Notes: generated by a model not told the origin, from the letters alone. Positions 42,134 to 52,030 are shown, counted from the first letter of the stretch. The stretch is DNA of 64,000 nt from an uncultured candidate division Zixibacteria bacterium (GCA_963713865.1 OY970208.1:288001-352000); one strand, 5' to 3'. Numbers and translations: made by a program.

Positions 42134-42531
42134 TCTGTGACCAGTTAGTAATTAGGTAAAGAAGCTGGGGGTCCCCAAAATGGACGAGTTTATAACTTTT
42201 TTGATATCAGAGAATTTTGATATACATGCCAAATTAGTTGAGTTCTGTCATTGGGTGCCTTATGGGACGATGTTAGAACCTGTTTCATGGTCTCAAGTTA
42301 AGTTTACCCCGACCATGTTTACACTATTTCTTCTCTGACTACCCAAAGGGCGTCAGAATATTCTCAGGTTAGCTACGGGGGCTTATTTTTTGTAATTAAT
42401 TAAACCAAAGAAACACAGACAGGGGTAGGTTCAGATATATTCCGGAGCTGTGGAAGTGTTAAACTTTGAGGCAGAAACGAGGCAAAAAGAGCCGAATTAA
42501 TTTTTGGCTCTTGTAAGTCCTTGTATTTCAA

Positions 42532-42595
42532 TAGCGGAGGGTGGATTTGAAGGGCGACCTTCCCCCGCCTTTGGCGGGAGACGGACTACCAGCCT
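42532..42595 (-). pseudogene. Decayed tRNA-fMet copy with the anticodon hairpin replaced by a mini-palindrome
   Basis: TAGCGGAGGGTGGATTTGAAGGGCGACCTTC[CCCCGCCTTTGGCGGGA]GACGGACTACCAGCCT versus the tRNA's ...CGACCTTC[GGGTTATGAGCCC]GACGAGCTACCAGCCT. Confidence 0.75.
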
Positions 42596-42682
42596 AAAAA
42601 AATATCCGTTAATCAATAAATCCGAGTTAACCTCAAAAAAATGGACAGAACGATGTTCTGTCCCTACACGACAAATAAAAAA

Positions 42683-42769
42683 TAGCGGGGGTTGGATTTG
42701 AACCAATTCGCCTTGGCGAAGGTTATGAGCCCGACGAGCTACTCCGCCGCAGGCGGACTCCACCCTGCG
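42683..42769 (-). pseudogene. Pseudo-tRNA-fMet (87 nt) with two palindrome replacements; identical copies at 43027-43113 and 43371-43457
   Basis: CGCAGGGTGGAG[TCCGCCTGCGGCGGA]GTAGCTCGTCGGGCTCATAACC[TTCGCCAAGGCGAA]TTGGTTCAAATCCAACCCCCGCTA. Confidence 0.9.
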
Positions 42770-42998
42770 ACATTTCGTCTATAAATTCCCTACCTTTTCC
42801 AGTTTTCAACCACCTCTCCCTTTTAACAGCTTCTCCTCTGCTGTCGAACTCCTCTGAGTAAATCACCCGCCAGTTACTATCTACCTTTGTAGTTTTACAT
42901 AATCCAAAATTATGCTCCGATAACCTGCGTCCTAAATCGGAAGTATACCCAGTATATTGTTTTCCTTTAGCAGATTGAAGCACATATACTGTAAACAT
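42723..42998 (-). CDS. GIY-YIG nuclease family protein (copy 3)
   Basis: VYVLQS...QYTGYTSDLGRRLSEHN, WRVIYSEEF..RGEAVKRERWLKTGKGREFI. Confidence 0.92.
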   Translation of the reverse strand: MFTVYVLQSAKGKQYTGYTSDLGRRLSEHNFGLCKTTKVDSNWRVIYSEEFDSRGEAVKRERWLKTGKGREFIDEMSQGGVRLRRSSSSGS

Positions 42999-43066
42999 AA
43001 GAGGAAATCAGAGGGATAATAAAAAATAGCGGGGGTTGGATTTGAACCAATTCGCCTTGGCGAAGG

Positions 43067-43342
43067 TTATGAGCCCGACGAGCTACTCCGCCGCAGGCGG
43101 ACTCCACCCTGCGACATTTCGTCTATAAATTCCCTACCTTTTCCAGTTTTCAACCACCTCTCCCTTTTAACAGCTTCTCCTCTGCTGTCGAACTCCTCTG
43201 AGTAAATCACCCGCCAGTTACTATCTACCTTTGTAGTTTTACATAATCCAAAATTATGCTCCGATAACCTGCGTCCTAAATCGGAAGTATACCCAGTATA
43301 TTGTTTTCCTTTAGCAGATTGAAGCACATATACTGTAAACAT
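43067..43342 (-). CDS. GIY-YIG nuclease family protein (copy 2)
   Basis: Identical to copies 1 and 3. Confidence 0.92.
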   Translation of the reverse strand: MFTVYVLQSAKGKQYTGYTSDLGRRLSEHNFGLCKTTKVDSNWRVIYSEEFDSRGEAVKRERWLKTGKGREFIDEMSQGGVRLRRSSSSGS

Positions 43343-43410
43343 AAGAGGAAATCAGAGGGATAATAAAAAATAGCGGGGGTTGGATTTGAACCAATTCGCC
43401 TTGGCGAAGG

Positions 43411-43686
43411 TTATGAGCCCGACGAGCTACTCCGCCGCAGGCGGACTCCACCCTGCGACATTTCGTCTATAAATTCCCTACCTTTTCCAGTTTTCAACCA
43501 CCTCTCCCTTTTAACAGCTTCTCCTCTGCTGTCGAACTCCTCTGAGTAAATCACCCGCCAGTTACTATCTACCTTTGTAGTTTTACATAATCCAAAATTA
43601 TGCTCCGATAACCTGCGTCCTAAATCGGAAGTATACCCAGTATATTGTTTTCCTTTAGCAGATTGAAGCACATATACTGTAAACAT
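43411..43686 (-). CDS. GIY-YIG nuclease family protein (copy 1)
   Basis: Identical to copies 2 and 3; starts 28 nt after the tRNA discriminator base. Confidence 0.92.
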   Translation of the reverse strand: MFTVYVLQSAKGKQYTGYTSDLGRRLSEHNFGLCKTTKVDSNWRVIYSEEFDSRGEAVKRERWLKTGKGREFIDEMSQGGVRLRRSSSSGS

Positions 43687-43714
43687 AAGAGGAAATCAGA
43701 GGGATAATAAAAAA

Positions 43715-43788
<74 letters not shown>

Positions 43789-43817
43789 ATCATAGTCTAA
43801 TTAAATAGACGGGTAGT

Positions 43818-43847
43818 AATATAAGTTGTTTGAATTTAATAAGTCAA
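43818..43847 (-). promoter_or_regulatory. Sigma-70-like promoter for tRNA-fMet
   Basis: TTGACT-N18-TATATT, about 30 nt upstream of the tRNA 5' end. Confidence 0.6.
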
Positions 43848-43879
43848 GCGTTTTATAAAAATAATTTTCTTGTTTTGTA

Positions 43880-45193
43880 TTATTCCTGGCCTGTAGCTTT
43901 ATCATACTTTGCCTGGGCGATAAGATAATCCGCCAATGCTTGTAAATAATTAATCTGGGCATAGGTCAAGGCTAATTCTGCATCCATCTCCTCTAAGCTG
44001 GTTATAACCCCCTGTGCATATTGAACCTTGGCAATCCTTAAACTCTCTTTTGCCTGCTTAACGTTTTCCTCCTGCGAGATTATCGTCTCCTTAGCTAAAT
44101 CCAGACTGGTTACTGCCTCTTTTACCTCTAATTTAATCCCCTCTTTTAAATCGTTTTCACCGATATCTAATTGTCTCAAATCCGACCTAGCTTGATTAAC
44201 CTTAGAACGGGTGGCAAAACCGTCGAATAAGGGGAAACTCAAAGCTATAGTGAAATTCCAGTCAGTATCCCATTTCTTCTCGCCGTAAAAAGGATTTTTA
44301 TAATCGTAATTAGCTATACCCATTAAAGATGGTTTATTCCCGGCTCTGGTAATAGCTAAACCCTTTTGAGCAATCCTTTTCTGAAAGTCTAAAGATTTCA
44401 ATTCCGGTCTCTGCAAAAGAGCTGCTTGGGTTGCACTTTCCAGTTTCACTTCTCCTGGTTTAAAGAAAAGCTCACCCTCCAGCTCGACTTCAGCCTCCTG
44501 AGTAAGACCTAAGATATTTTTAAAAGAGCTCAAAGCCAGATCATAAGCCTGCCTTGCCTGAAGTAAAGGCGGTTTGGCATTGGCTAACTGAACTTTTGCC
44601 CTGAGAAGGTCGAACTCCGAAGCCTGTCCGGCTTTATATCTTAAATCCACGGTTTTAAGATGCTCCTCGATATTTTTCAAAGCGTCTTCTCTGACCCGGA
44701 TAAGCTCACGCGCTAAAAGCACCGAGTAGAAAGAGCTTTTCACCTGGTAAGTTATCCCCTGCTTATTCTTTTTGTAATTTTCCTCCTCCAATCTGAGATT
44801 CAACTGTGAGATAGCGTAGTTATTCTGAACTCTTCCCCAGGTGAAAATCGACTGCTGCAAAGAGAGATTAAAATCGAAATTATCATGAAAACCGGTTTTA
44901 AACTCCCCCGCGAAAAAACCAGGAACCGAAACTTCAATACTGGGAATTACTCCTAAATATGTATAAGTCCCTTGAAAAGAAAGGTGGGGATAGAAACCAG
45001 ATTTCGCCTCTGAGATCTTAAATTTTGAAGATCTGATCTTCTCCTTCTGGCTCAAAAGTAATCTGTTGTTCTGATAAGCAGTATCAAGACTTTTTTCCAG
45101 ATTAAGGATCAGCTTCTCACCAGAGAATGAAACTGTAGTCATCCAGATGAAAAATGAAAAAAACAGAATTAACCTTAAATAAAATTTATGCAT
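43880..45193 (-). CDS. TolC family outer-membrane efflux protein
   Basis: Signal peptide, FYPHLSF, RYKAGQASEFDLLRAKVQL, SFPLFDGF, YAQGVITSLE. Confidence 0.9.
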   Translation of the reverse strand: MHKFYLRLILFFSFFIWMTTVSFSGEKLILNLEKSLDTAYQNNRLLLSQKEKIRSSKFKISEAKSGFYPHLSFQGTYTYLGVIPSIEVSVPGFFAGEFKTGFHDNFDFNLSLQQSIFTWGRVQNNYAISQLNLRLEEENYKKNKQGITYQVKSSFYSVLLARELIRVREDALKNIEEHLKTVDLRYKAGQASEFDLLRAKVQLANAKPPLLQARQAYDLALSSFKNILGLTQEAEVELEGELFFKPGEVKLESATQAALLQRPELKSLDFQKRIAQKGLAITRAGNKPSLMGIANYDYKNPFYGEKKWDTDWNFTIALSFPLFDGFATRSKVNQARSDLRQLDIGENDLKEGIKLEVKEAVTSLDLAKETIISQEENVKQAKESLRIAKVQYAQGVITSLEEMDAELALTYAQINYLQALADYLIAQAKYDKATGQE

Positions 45194-48100
45194 TTTCCCC
45201 TCCGCTATTTTGCTCTCCGATTTTAATATTCCTTTTCAAAAATTCTCCGAAATTATCTACTATAATATAAGTTACTGGAACCACAATCAAAGTCAAAAGA
45301 GTTGAGGTGACCAGACCACCTATTACCGTGATTCCCATCCCCTGTCTCCATTCTCCACCTTCTCCCAGACCTAATGCCGCAGGCAGCATCCCCATAATCA
45401 TAGCGGCCGAGGTCATAAGAATTGGCCGCAGACGAATAGGTCCGGCTTTTAAGAGTGCTTCCTCCCTCTGCATACCTTTTTTTCTCAAAGTTATAGTATA
45501 ATCGATAAGCAAAATGGAGTTTTTGGTCACAATCCCCATCAAAAGGATTACTCCTACCATTGCCATTATATCAATACTCTGGCCAGTTAAAAATATTGCC
45601 AGAAGTGCTCCCACAACTGCTAAGGGTAAAGCTAACATAATGGTGAAAGGGTGGAGAAAAGAGTTAAACTGGGAGCCTAAAACTATATAGATGAAGATAA
45701 TTCCTATGATTAAAGCTAAAACCATATTCTTAAACATATCACCCATCCTTTCTACATCACCCACGTATTCAATTTTATATCCCGGAGGAAGAGGAAAATC
45801 GGCTAACTTCTTATTTAAATCATTCACCACATCCCCTAAGGGACGATCCACCACATTGGCAGTAATTGTAGCTGCCCTTTCTCTATTATTTCGGCTGATT
45901 TGAGTGGGACCGCTCTCTTCATAGAAATCAGCTATGCTTTTAAGCGGAACAGTAGCTCCAGTCGTAGTCGAAATATCAAGGGAGGAGATGTCCTGGAAAT
46001 TATTCTTCTGTTCCGGAGGTAAAATCACCCTGATGTCTATCTCTTTTTCCCCCTGTCTCAGTTTTGTAGCCACAGTTCCATCTACTAAGGAACGTAAAGT
46101 TGAAGCAATCTGGGCAGTGGAAACCCCTAAACGGCTGGCCTTCTCTCGATTCACTACTACTCTCATCTCCGGCTTCCCCCCTCTAATCGAACGGTCAGGA
46201 TCAGCCACACCAGGAATTTTTTCCAACATGGTCAAGATTTTCCCTGACAGTTCATCTAAAACCGAGATCTCTGGACCTTTGATGTAGAGTTGAAGAGGAT
46301 AATCCTCTTCACCCTCAAACATCCCGATCATCGAGACTCTGGCTTTCAAGCCTGGCATCTCCGCCAGCCTTTTTCTTACTTCTTTTTCGACTTCGACTGT
46401 TTTTTTACTTCTCTCTTCCAAGGGGACAAGTTCAACCCGGATACTACCTTTGTTAGAGGTTCCAGACTCCAGTCCTATGGTAGTGAAGATAGACTGAACA
46501 TCAGGGTAGATGAAAAGGATTCTCTCAACCTCGGTTGTCATTTTCTCTGTAGTCTGAATAGAGGTTCCAACCGGAGTCTCCAGAATTACATTGAACTCTC
46601 CTCGATCTCCCTGGGACTTAAACTCCTTGCCAATAAAGGGGATCAAACCCAGGCTTGAAAAGAAAATAAGGATGGAGACAAAGATTATCAAAAATTTATG
46701 ATTCAAAGACCAGGCTAAAAGTCTTCCGTAAATCTGATTGAGCCTGTTATAACCCCGGTTAAAAGGAGCAAACAATTTCTTCAACAAGCTTTCCTTGTCT
46801 TTTTTTTCTTTCACTAATATTTTAGCTGAAAGCATTGGAGCCATAGTAAAAGAATCCCATAAAGAATACAGGATCGCAAAGACCACGGTGAAGGCAAAAG
46901 CCTTCAAGATTTTTCCTACTATTCCACCCATATAGGCAACTGGAACGAAGACCGCAATAATGGTGAAAGTACAAGCCATAACTGCCAGCCCCACCTCCTG
47001 GGTTCCAAAGGCAGCTGCCTGCTCCGGATCCATACCTTCCTCTACATGTCTGAAGATATTTTCCCGCACCACAATGGCATCATCGATCAGGATACCGACA
47101 CACAAGGATAAACCCATTAAGGTGATTATATTTATGGTATAGCCGACCAGGTTCATCATAATGAATGTGGCTAAGATAGAAGAAGGAATAGCTAAAGCGG
47201 CGATTATAGTACTGCGGAAATTTCCTAAGAAAATGAAAATAACTAATATCGCAAAGATTGCCCCTAAATATAAAGTCCGCATAGTGTCATCTACTGACCT
47301 GCGGATAAATTTGGATTGATCTGAGGCAATTTCGATGGAGGTACCTGAAGGAATTTCTTTTTTCAATCCTTCAATGGTTTTCTTAAGCCTGTCACATACC
47401 TCAACCGTATTTCCACCAGACTGTTTATACACTATAAAGGAAACTGAAGACCTGCCATTAAGTTTAGAGATTTCCCTTAGTTCCTTAAAACTATCCCTTA
47501 CTTCAGCCACATCTTTTAAATGGACCGGGCTTCCCTCATAACTTGCCACAGGTATTCTGTCGATATCCGAAACTTCCTGAAACTCACCTGTAGTTCTGAG
47601 AACAAATTCCTGTGGCTCTATCTCTACCCTCCCTCCAGGAACATTCAGATTTTCTTGAGACAAGCTCCCGATAACCTGCTCAACTGACAGATGATAAGCT
47701 TCAAGCTTTTTTCTGTCAACCTCCACTTTTATCTCCCTTTCCAGTCCTCCTACTAAATCAACCTGAGCTACTTGCTTTGTCTGCTGGATTCGGTTTTTGA
47801 TTTTATCATCCGCCAGGGTCCGCAGCTCATCTAAAGGAAGATCACTTGCCAGAGAGAAAATCATCACCGGCGTAGCAGAAACATCAAAGCGAGCTATGAC
47901 CGGTTCATCTATATCTTTAGGCAGTTCTGAGCGGATCTGTGAAAGCTTAGCTCTGACATCAGAATCTGCATCCCGGACCTTTACCTCAAGTTCGAATTCT
48001 AATAAAACCTGAGAAAAACCTTCAGCGGTGGTGGAGTAAATATTTTTCAGTCCATTGATAGCGCTCACAGCTTCTTCGATCGGTTTGGTCACCTGATTCT

Positions 48101-48278
48101 CGATCTCCTGAGCACCGGCTCCTGGATAGACCGTGGTGATCGACAGGTAGGGAAAATTAACATTCGGCATTAAATCGATACCCATGCGGTTATAGGAAAC
48201 TATTCCTAAGACTAAAACCGCCAGAACCTGCATTATGATAAAAACAGGCCGGCGAATGGCTAAATTAGGTAAAAACAT
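45186..48278 (-). CDS. RND efflux transporter permease (AcrB/AcrD/AcrF family)
   Basis: AIRRPV, YPGAGA, VGILIDDAIVVRENI, GIVTKNSILLIDY, RLRPILMTS. Confidence 0.96.
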   Translation of the reverse strand: MFLPNLAIRRPVFIIMQVLAVLVLGIVSYNRMGIDLMPNVNFPYLSITTVYPGAGAQEIENQVTKPIEEAVSAINGLKNIYSTTAEGFSQVLLEFELEVKVRDADSDVRAKLSQIRSELPKDIDEPVIARFDVSATPVMIFSLASDLPLDELRTLADDKIKNRIQQTKQVAQVDLVGGLEREIKVEVDRKKLEAYHLSVEQVIGSLSQENLNVPGGRVEIEPQEFVLRTTGEFQEVSDIDRIPVASYEGSPVHLKDVAEVRDSFKELREISKLNGRSSVSFIVYKQSGGNTVEVCDRLKKTIEGLKKEIPSGTSIEIASDQSKFIRRSVDDTMRTLYLGAIFAILVIFIFLGNFRSTIIAALAIPSSILATFIMMNLVGYTINIITLMGLSLCVGILIDDAIVVRENIFRHVEEGMDPEQAAAFGTQEVGLAVMACTFTIIAVFVPVAYMGGIVGKILKAFAFTVVFAILYSLWDSFTMAPMLSAKILVKEKKDKESLLKKLFAPFNRGYNRLNQIYGRLLAWSLNHKFLIIFVSILIFFSSLGLIPFIGKEFKSQGDRGEFNVILETPVGTSIQTTEKMTTEVERILFIYPDVQSIFTTIGLESGTSNKGSIRVELVPLEERSKKTVEVEKEVRKRLAEMPGLKARVSMIGMFEGEEDYPLQLYIKGPEISVLDELSGKILTMLEKIPGVADPDRSIRGGKPEMRVVVNREKASRLGVSTAQIASTLRSLVDGTVATKLRQGEKEIDIRVILPPEQKNNFQDISSLDISTTTGATVPLKSIADFYEESGPTQISRNNRERAATITANVVDRPLGDVVNDLNKKLADFPLPPGYKIEYVGDVERMGDMFKNMVLALIIGIIFIYIVLGSQFNSFLHPFTIMLALPLAVVGALLAIFLTGQSIDIMAMVGVILLMGIVTKNSILLIDYTITLRKKGMQREEALLKAGPIRLRPILMTSAAMIMGMLPAALGLGEGGEWRQGMGITVIGGLVTSTLLTLIVVPVTYIIVDNFGEFLKRNIKIGEQNSGGENA

Positions 48279-49201
48279 TATCTTCTCTCTCCTTTAACAA
48301 TCTTTACCTTATCCCCAGGTTGCAGTTGATTTTGACCTAAGGTAACCAAACTATCCTCTGGGGAAAGACCACTTTTTATATAAGTTAAATCTTTATCGCT
48401 GAACCCGGCATCCACCCATCTTTCCTCTGCTTTACTACCCTTTAGCACAAAGACTTTTTTCTTACCTCCTTCTGTTAAGATAGTATGTTTAGGGATAAGA
48501 ACAAGATTTTCGGTTTTACCTATGACCAGTCTGACTTCTACGAACATCCCCGGCTTTAAAAGATGATTCCGGTTGGGAATGGTTATCTCTACGCTTGCGG
48601 TCCGGGTTAAACTATTTAAGGTGGGACTGATCAGGGTAACAACGCCCGAAAATTCCCTGTCAGGATAGGCATCCACCTTGATTTTGGCTTTCTGATTTAA
48701 CTTGATTTTTGGAAGATCCTCTTCTGTAACCTGAATTACAATTTTAACTGAATCAAGGTTCAATATTTGAGCCAGGGGAGAGCCTCCCGAACCCCCGGAA
48801 GGTTCACTTACCTGTGCTCCTTTATCTAGATATACTTTTCCAACAATCCCTTCAACCGGAGAAGTCGTTTCAGCCAGCTTATAATCCAGTCCAGTAATAT
48901 CCCGGTCGATTATAGCCACTAACTGATCTTTTTTGACCCTGTCCCCTTCTTTAACTTTCATCTCTACCAATTTACCGGAAGCTTTTGGAAATATATCTAT
49001 TTCCTCTACTCCCTTAACTTCCCCGGTGTAATTAAGTATTGGAGTATAGGGTGAAGTTTTCACCACTTCCACCTCCACTGGGATAACCCTTTCCTTTACC
49101 TCTGCAGTTTGAGCTTTTCTCTCTTTGAAAACTACCATCAACCTGAAAAAGACAAAGAAGAAGATTAAAACTACTATGAGGATTCCAATCGTTTTTTTCA
49201 T
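48278..49201 (-). CDS. RND efflux periplasmic adaptor (MFP) subunit
   Basis: VKEGDRVKKDQ, SPVEGIV, VDAYPDREFSG, LKPGMFV. Confidence 0.92.
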   Translation of the reverse strand: MKKTIGILIVVLIFFFVFFRLMVVFKERKAQTAEVKERVIPVEVEVVKTSPYTPILNYTGEVKGVEEIDIFPKASGKLVEMKVKEGDRVKKDQLVAIIDRDITGLDYKLAETTSPVEGIVGKVYLDKGAQVSEPSGGSGGSPLAQILNLDSVKIVIQVTEEDLPKIKLNQKAKIKVDAYPDREFSGVVTLISPTLNSLTRTASVEITIPNRNHLLKPGMFVEVRLVIGKTENLVLIPKHTILTEGGKKKVFVLKGSKAEERWVDAGFSDKDLTYIKSGLSPEDSLVTLGQNQLQPGDKVKIVKGERR

Positions 49202-49210
49202 CTTTTCTCC

Positions 49211-49756
49211 TTACTTCTTATTATGAGTTTTACATCTTTTAACCAGCTCGATCAACTCATCCAAATGTTTAATAGTCAATTTCAAATGGAAAATCCCTTT
49301 CTCCACTATGAACTTCCAGTTGAAGGGCATCTTTACACATCCGTTTTTATAAATCTCCTGAATCCTTTTAAGCACTTTCCGAAGTTGATCTTTCTTCTTG
49401 GAAAGCGAAGTTAAAATTTTCTTTTTGGATAAACCCTGAAGGAATGCCACACCTACGATAAAGCTATCCTCAGGCATTTTCTGTTCATTCAAAGCCATCT
49501 CCACCAGTTCCCCCAACCTTTTCCTACCCTTAGGGGTGATATGATAGACTTTCCTCTCCGGCATCTTACCCGGCTTTTCACCCTTACCCTCGATAAGTTT
49601 TTGTTTTTGCAGGCGATTTAGAGTATTATAGATCGAGGCTAAGTTCACCTGCGCCCAGTGCTCCATTTCCCTTTTCTCTATCTCCTGATAAAGCTGATAG
49701 CCATACATCGGCTTTTCACTCAGAAGACCTAAGACCACCAGTTCGTTTTTAGTCAT
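49211..49756 (-). CDS. PadR family transcriptional regulator
   Basis: VLGLLSEKPMYGYQL, SIYNTLNRL, PERKVYHITPKGR. Confidence 0.92.
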   Translation of the reverse strand: MTKNELVVLGLLSEKPMYGYQLYQEIEKREMEHWAQVNLASIYNTLNRLQKQKLIEGKGEKPGKMPERKVYHITPKGRKRLGELVEMALNEQKMPEDSFIVGVAFLQGLSKKKILTSLSKKKDQLRKVLKRIQEIYKNGCVKMPFNWKFIVEKGIFHLKLTIKHLDELIELVKRCKTHNKK

Positions 49757-49774
49757 AATTACTCTAATTAAAAC

Positions 49775-49791
49775 TATTCTAACTTAGAATA
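49775..49791. promoter_or_regulatory. Putative PadR operator
   Basis: Perfect inverted repeat TATTCTAA-C-TTAGAATA, 19 bp upstream of the padR start. Confidence 0.6.
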
Positions 49792-49869
49792 ATTTAAAAT
49801 ATAATACGTAAAAAGTCAAACTTTGTTTCAATTTCATAATAATTTTTTAAGCTGTCAGGGGGTAATTAC

Positions 49870-50943
49870 TTATCGGGTACAATTGCACCTTATCTTCCTA
49901 TAATCCATATCCGGGGATTCGAACCCGGATTTCAATTTTTCCCACATTTGCACGGTTTCCTTACAAAGAGAGACATCGGTATAATTGTATTTTTCTTTAA
50001 GGTGATTAATCAAGTGCAGGTACATAGTATACCTATTGGAGAATTCTATCTTTTTGCCCCAGTTTGACTTCTCTTCCAAGTAAATTTTCCAGGATTTATC
50101 TTTAGTTCCATTAATGGTGCTTTGCAAACCCCTTAAAGAGCCTAAAGTTATACGCTCAGGTTTGAATTCTGTAAAGATCTGGTCAATCAACTCAATATAA
50201 CTCTCTTGCCATCCAGAAATTGGCACCATCGGGTCTATTCTGACCCTTATCTCATAACCAGCTTTAGCTAACTTGCCTGCCGCTTCTATTCGTTTTGAAA
50301 CCGGAGGCGCTTTTTTCTCCCATTTTTTTGCAACCTTATCTGCATTCAGACTGAAGCTGATGATTGCTTGTTTATGTGATTCTATTTCAAGTAAATTTTT
50401 AATTTTAGTTGATTTGGTCAAAAATAAAACTTTATGTTTATTTTGAGACTCAAACAGCGGAATGATGAATTTAGAGAAAGGGTTGTGTCCGTTTTCGCAC
50501 ATTAGGGAATCAGCAATTTCTCCAGTATTCAGGATTTCAGGTGGTAGAGACGTCTCGCCAGAGGCGGACGTCTCTACATCAAAAAATTCTCTGACGTGCT
50601 GTTCAATTTTAGCATAATCTTTAATAACCGGTTTTATCCCTTCTGGTCGAAACCTGAAAGTCCCCTTTAAATAACACCAACTGCAATCAAACGGACACCC
50701 ATAAGCCCATTTAAGCTCTAAAAAATGCGGACAGACCACATCAGTGGATTCAACAGGTAAAGGTGTTTTTTCAAATCTCGTGATAATCGAACCATCACCA
50801 ATACGTTGAACAAGTCGTTTCTCGGAAGCATCAATCAATTTATATGGTCTAATAACAACTCTCAATGAAGCTTTTTCTTTCTTAGATAGTAAGCTTCTTT
50901 CTTTGACTATACTTGAGATATTAGAGAAAGGTAATTCTGTCAT
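49870..50943 (-). CDS. Spore photoproduct lyase-like radical SAM protein
   Basis: GCPFDCSWCYL (CxxxCxxC), NTGEIADSL, LTKS, SFSLN, RIEAA...GY.IRVRIDP, ITLGSLR. Confidence 0.8.
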   Translation of the reverse strand: MTELPFSNISSIVKERSLLSKKEKASLRVVIRPYKLIDASEKRLVQRIGDGSIITRFEKTPLPVESTDVVCPHFLELKWAYGCPFDCSWCYLKGTFRFRPEGIKPVIKDYAKIEQHVREFFDVETSASGETSLPPEILNTGEIADSLMCENGHNPFSKFIIPLFESQNKHKVLFLTKSTKIKNLLEIESHKQAIISFSLNADKVAKKWEKKAPPVSKRIEAAGKLAKAGYEIRVRIDPMVPISGWQESYIELIDQIFTEFKPERITLGSLRGLQSTINGTKDKSWKIYLEEKSNWGKKIEFSNRYTMYLHLINHLKEKYNYTDVSLCKETVQMWEKLKSGFESPDMDYRKIRCNCTR

Positions 50944-52030
50944 TTTCTTTTAATCCAGTTTTCTTAGAACTAATACGTTTTATACTTACTTTTTGCTCTT
51001 GTTCTAGTTCTTTTAATGCTAGATTGTAATGTTTTTTTACATATGGAGGTTCTTCATACCAAGGTACACAAACTTCCTTTTGTATTTCATTATAAGTTTT
51101 TATGTTTCCTTTAAATCGACCTAATAAATATTTTTTTAAATCTTCAATATTATTAATATTGAACAACGTTATTTGTGATCTTGCTGATATATCTTCTGGT
51201 CCTAAATATGCAAAATTTCCTTCAGTGCTCTGTTTGTCCATTACATCTTTCATTATCGAATGTCCTAAAAAATTATTAGTGGCATGAATTAAATAATATA
51301 CAGTTTGCCTTTTTTCATCGGTGCATACACGAAAAGGCCAAGAATACTTTAATCCTGCAATTTCATGCAAATTTTGTCTATAAAGATCTATTAATGCTAT
51401 TTCCTGGTTTTCTTTTGTCGCTACAATCTCTTTCCATCCATCATTACCAAATAATTCATTGAAGGTCTCTTTAAGTTTCTCATGTAAGAGGAAACGGTTT
51501 ATGTCTCGAACCATAAAAGTGAAAAATATCTCTGTTCTGGGATTGGACAATATTTTTTTGACTATGTTGAAAGGAATTCCTGAAAAACCAAAAGGGTCGA
51601 CAAAAAAGAATGATGGAGCCAGTATATACTTCTGTTGCTCCAAATCTTTAAAAATCTCTTCAATGACAATAGCAAATTCATCATTCTTTTTTATAATTTC
51701 AATTTTATTAATATGTTTTATTTTAGGTGTTTCCCTTTTTAAAACGGATTCAAGGTTTTTAAAATTTTCTAAATTTCTTTCTATAAATATACAGATAAAC
51801 TTTTCATAATACTTCTGAAGTTCATCTGCAAGTTTAAGTGCGATTAAAGGAGAACCAGGAGATCTATCAGTATATTCACCTCTCCCCGCAAAACCATCAA
51901 AATAACATATATGTCTGAATGAACTGCCGAGAATGGTAATCCATGCTTTTAGATACTTCTCTAAAAGAATATGTTTTACTCGAGTATGCTCGCGATACGT
52001 CCATTTTTCTAAATCATTATTTTTTAACAT
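50921..52030 (-). CDS. Three-Cys-motif partner protein (TcmP)-like, SAM-methyltransferase-like fold (ORF-track start 52081)
   Basis: HTRVKHILLEKYLKAW, YFDGFAGRG, GSPLIAL, FFFVDPFG, YYLIHATNN..G...MK. Confidence 0.8.
   Translation of the reverse strand: MLKNNDLEKWTYREHTRVKHILLEKYLKAWITILGSSFRHICYFDGFAGRGEYTDRSPGSPLIALKLADELQKYYEKFICIFIERNLENFKNLESVLKRETPKIKHINKIEIIKKNDEFAIVIEEIFKDLEQQKYILAPSFFFVDPFGFSGIPFNIVKKILSNPRTEIFFTFMVRDINRFLLHEKLKETFNELFGNDGWKEIVATKENQEIALIDLYRQNLHEIAGLKYSWPFRVCTDEKRQTVYYLIHATNNFLGHSIMKDVMDKQSTEGNFAYLGPEDISARSQITLFNINNIEDLKKYLLGRFKGNIKTYNEIQKEVCVPWYEEPPYVKKHYNLALKELEQEQKVSIKRISSKKTGLKENDRITFL

Noticed and set aside
41111-42763. ORF-track entries 41111-41407, 41182-41439, 42497-42763 and 42504-42701
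   Set aside because: They are translations of REP and tRNA-remnant repeats with no protein-like signal.
42683-43457. Functional or intron-containing tRNA genes in the array units
   Set aside because: Native bases are replaced rather than interrupted, the 3' side of the anticodon stem is lost, and the acceptor stem has an extra mismatch; splicing could not restore the tRNA.
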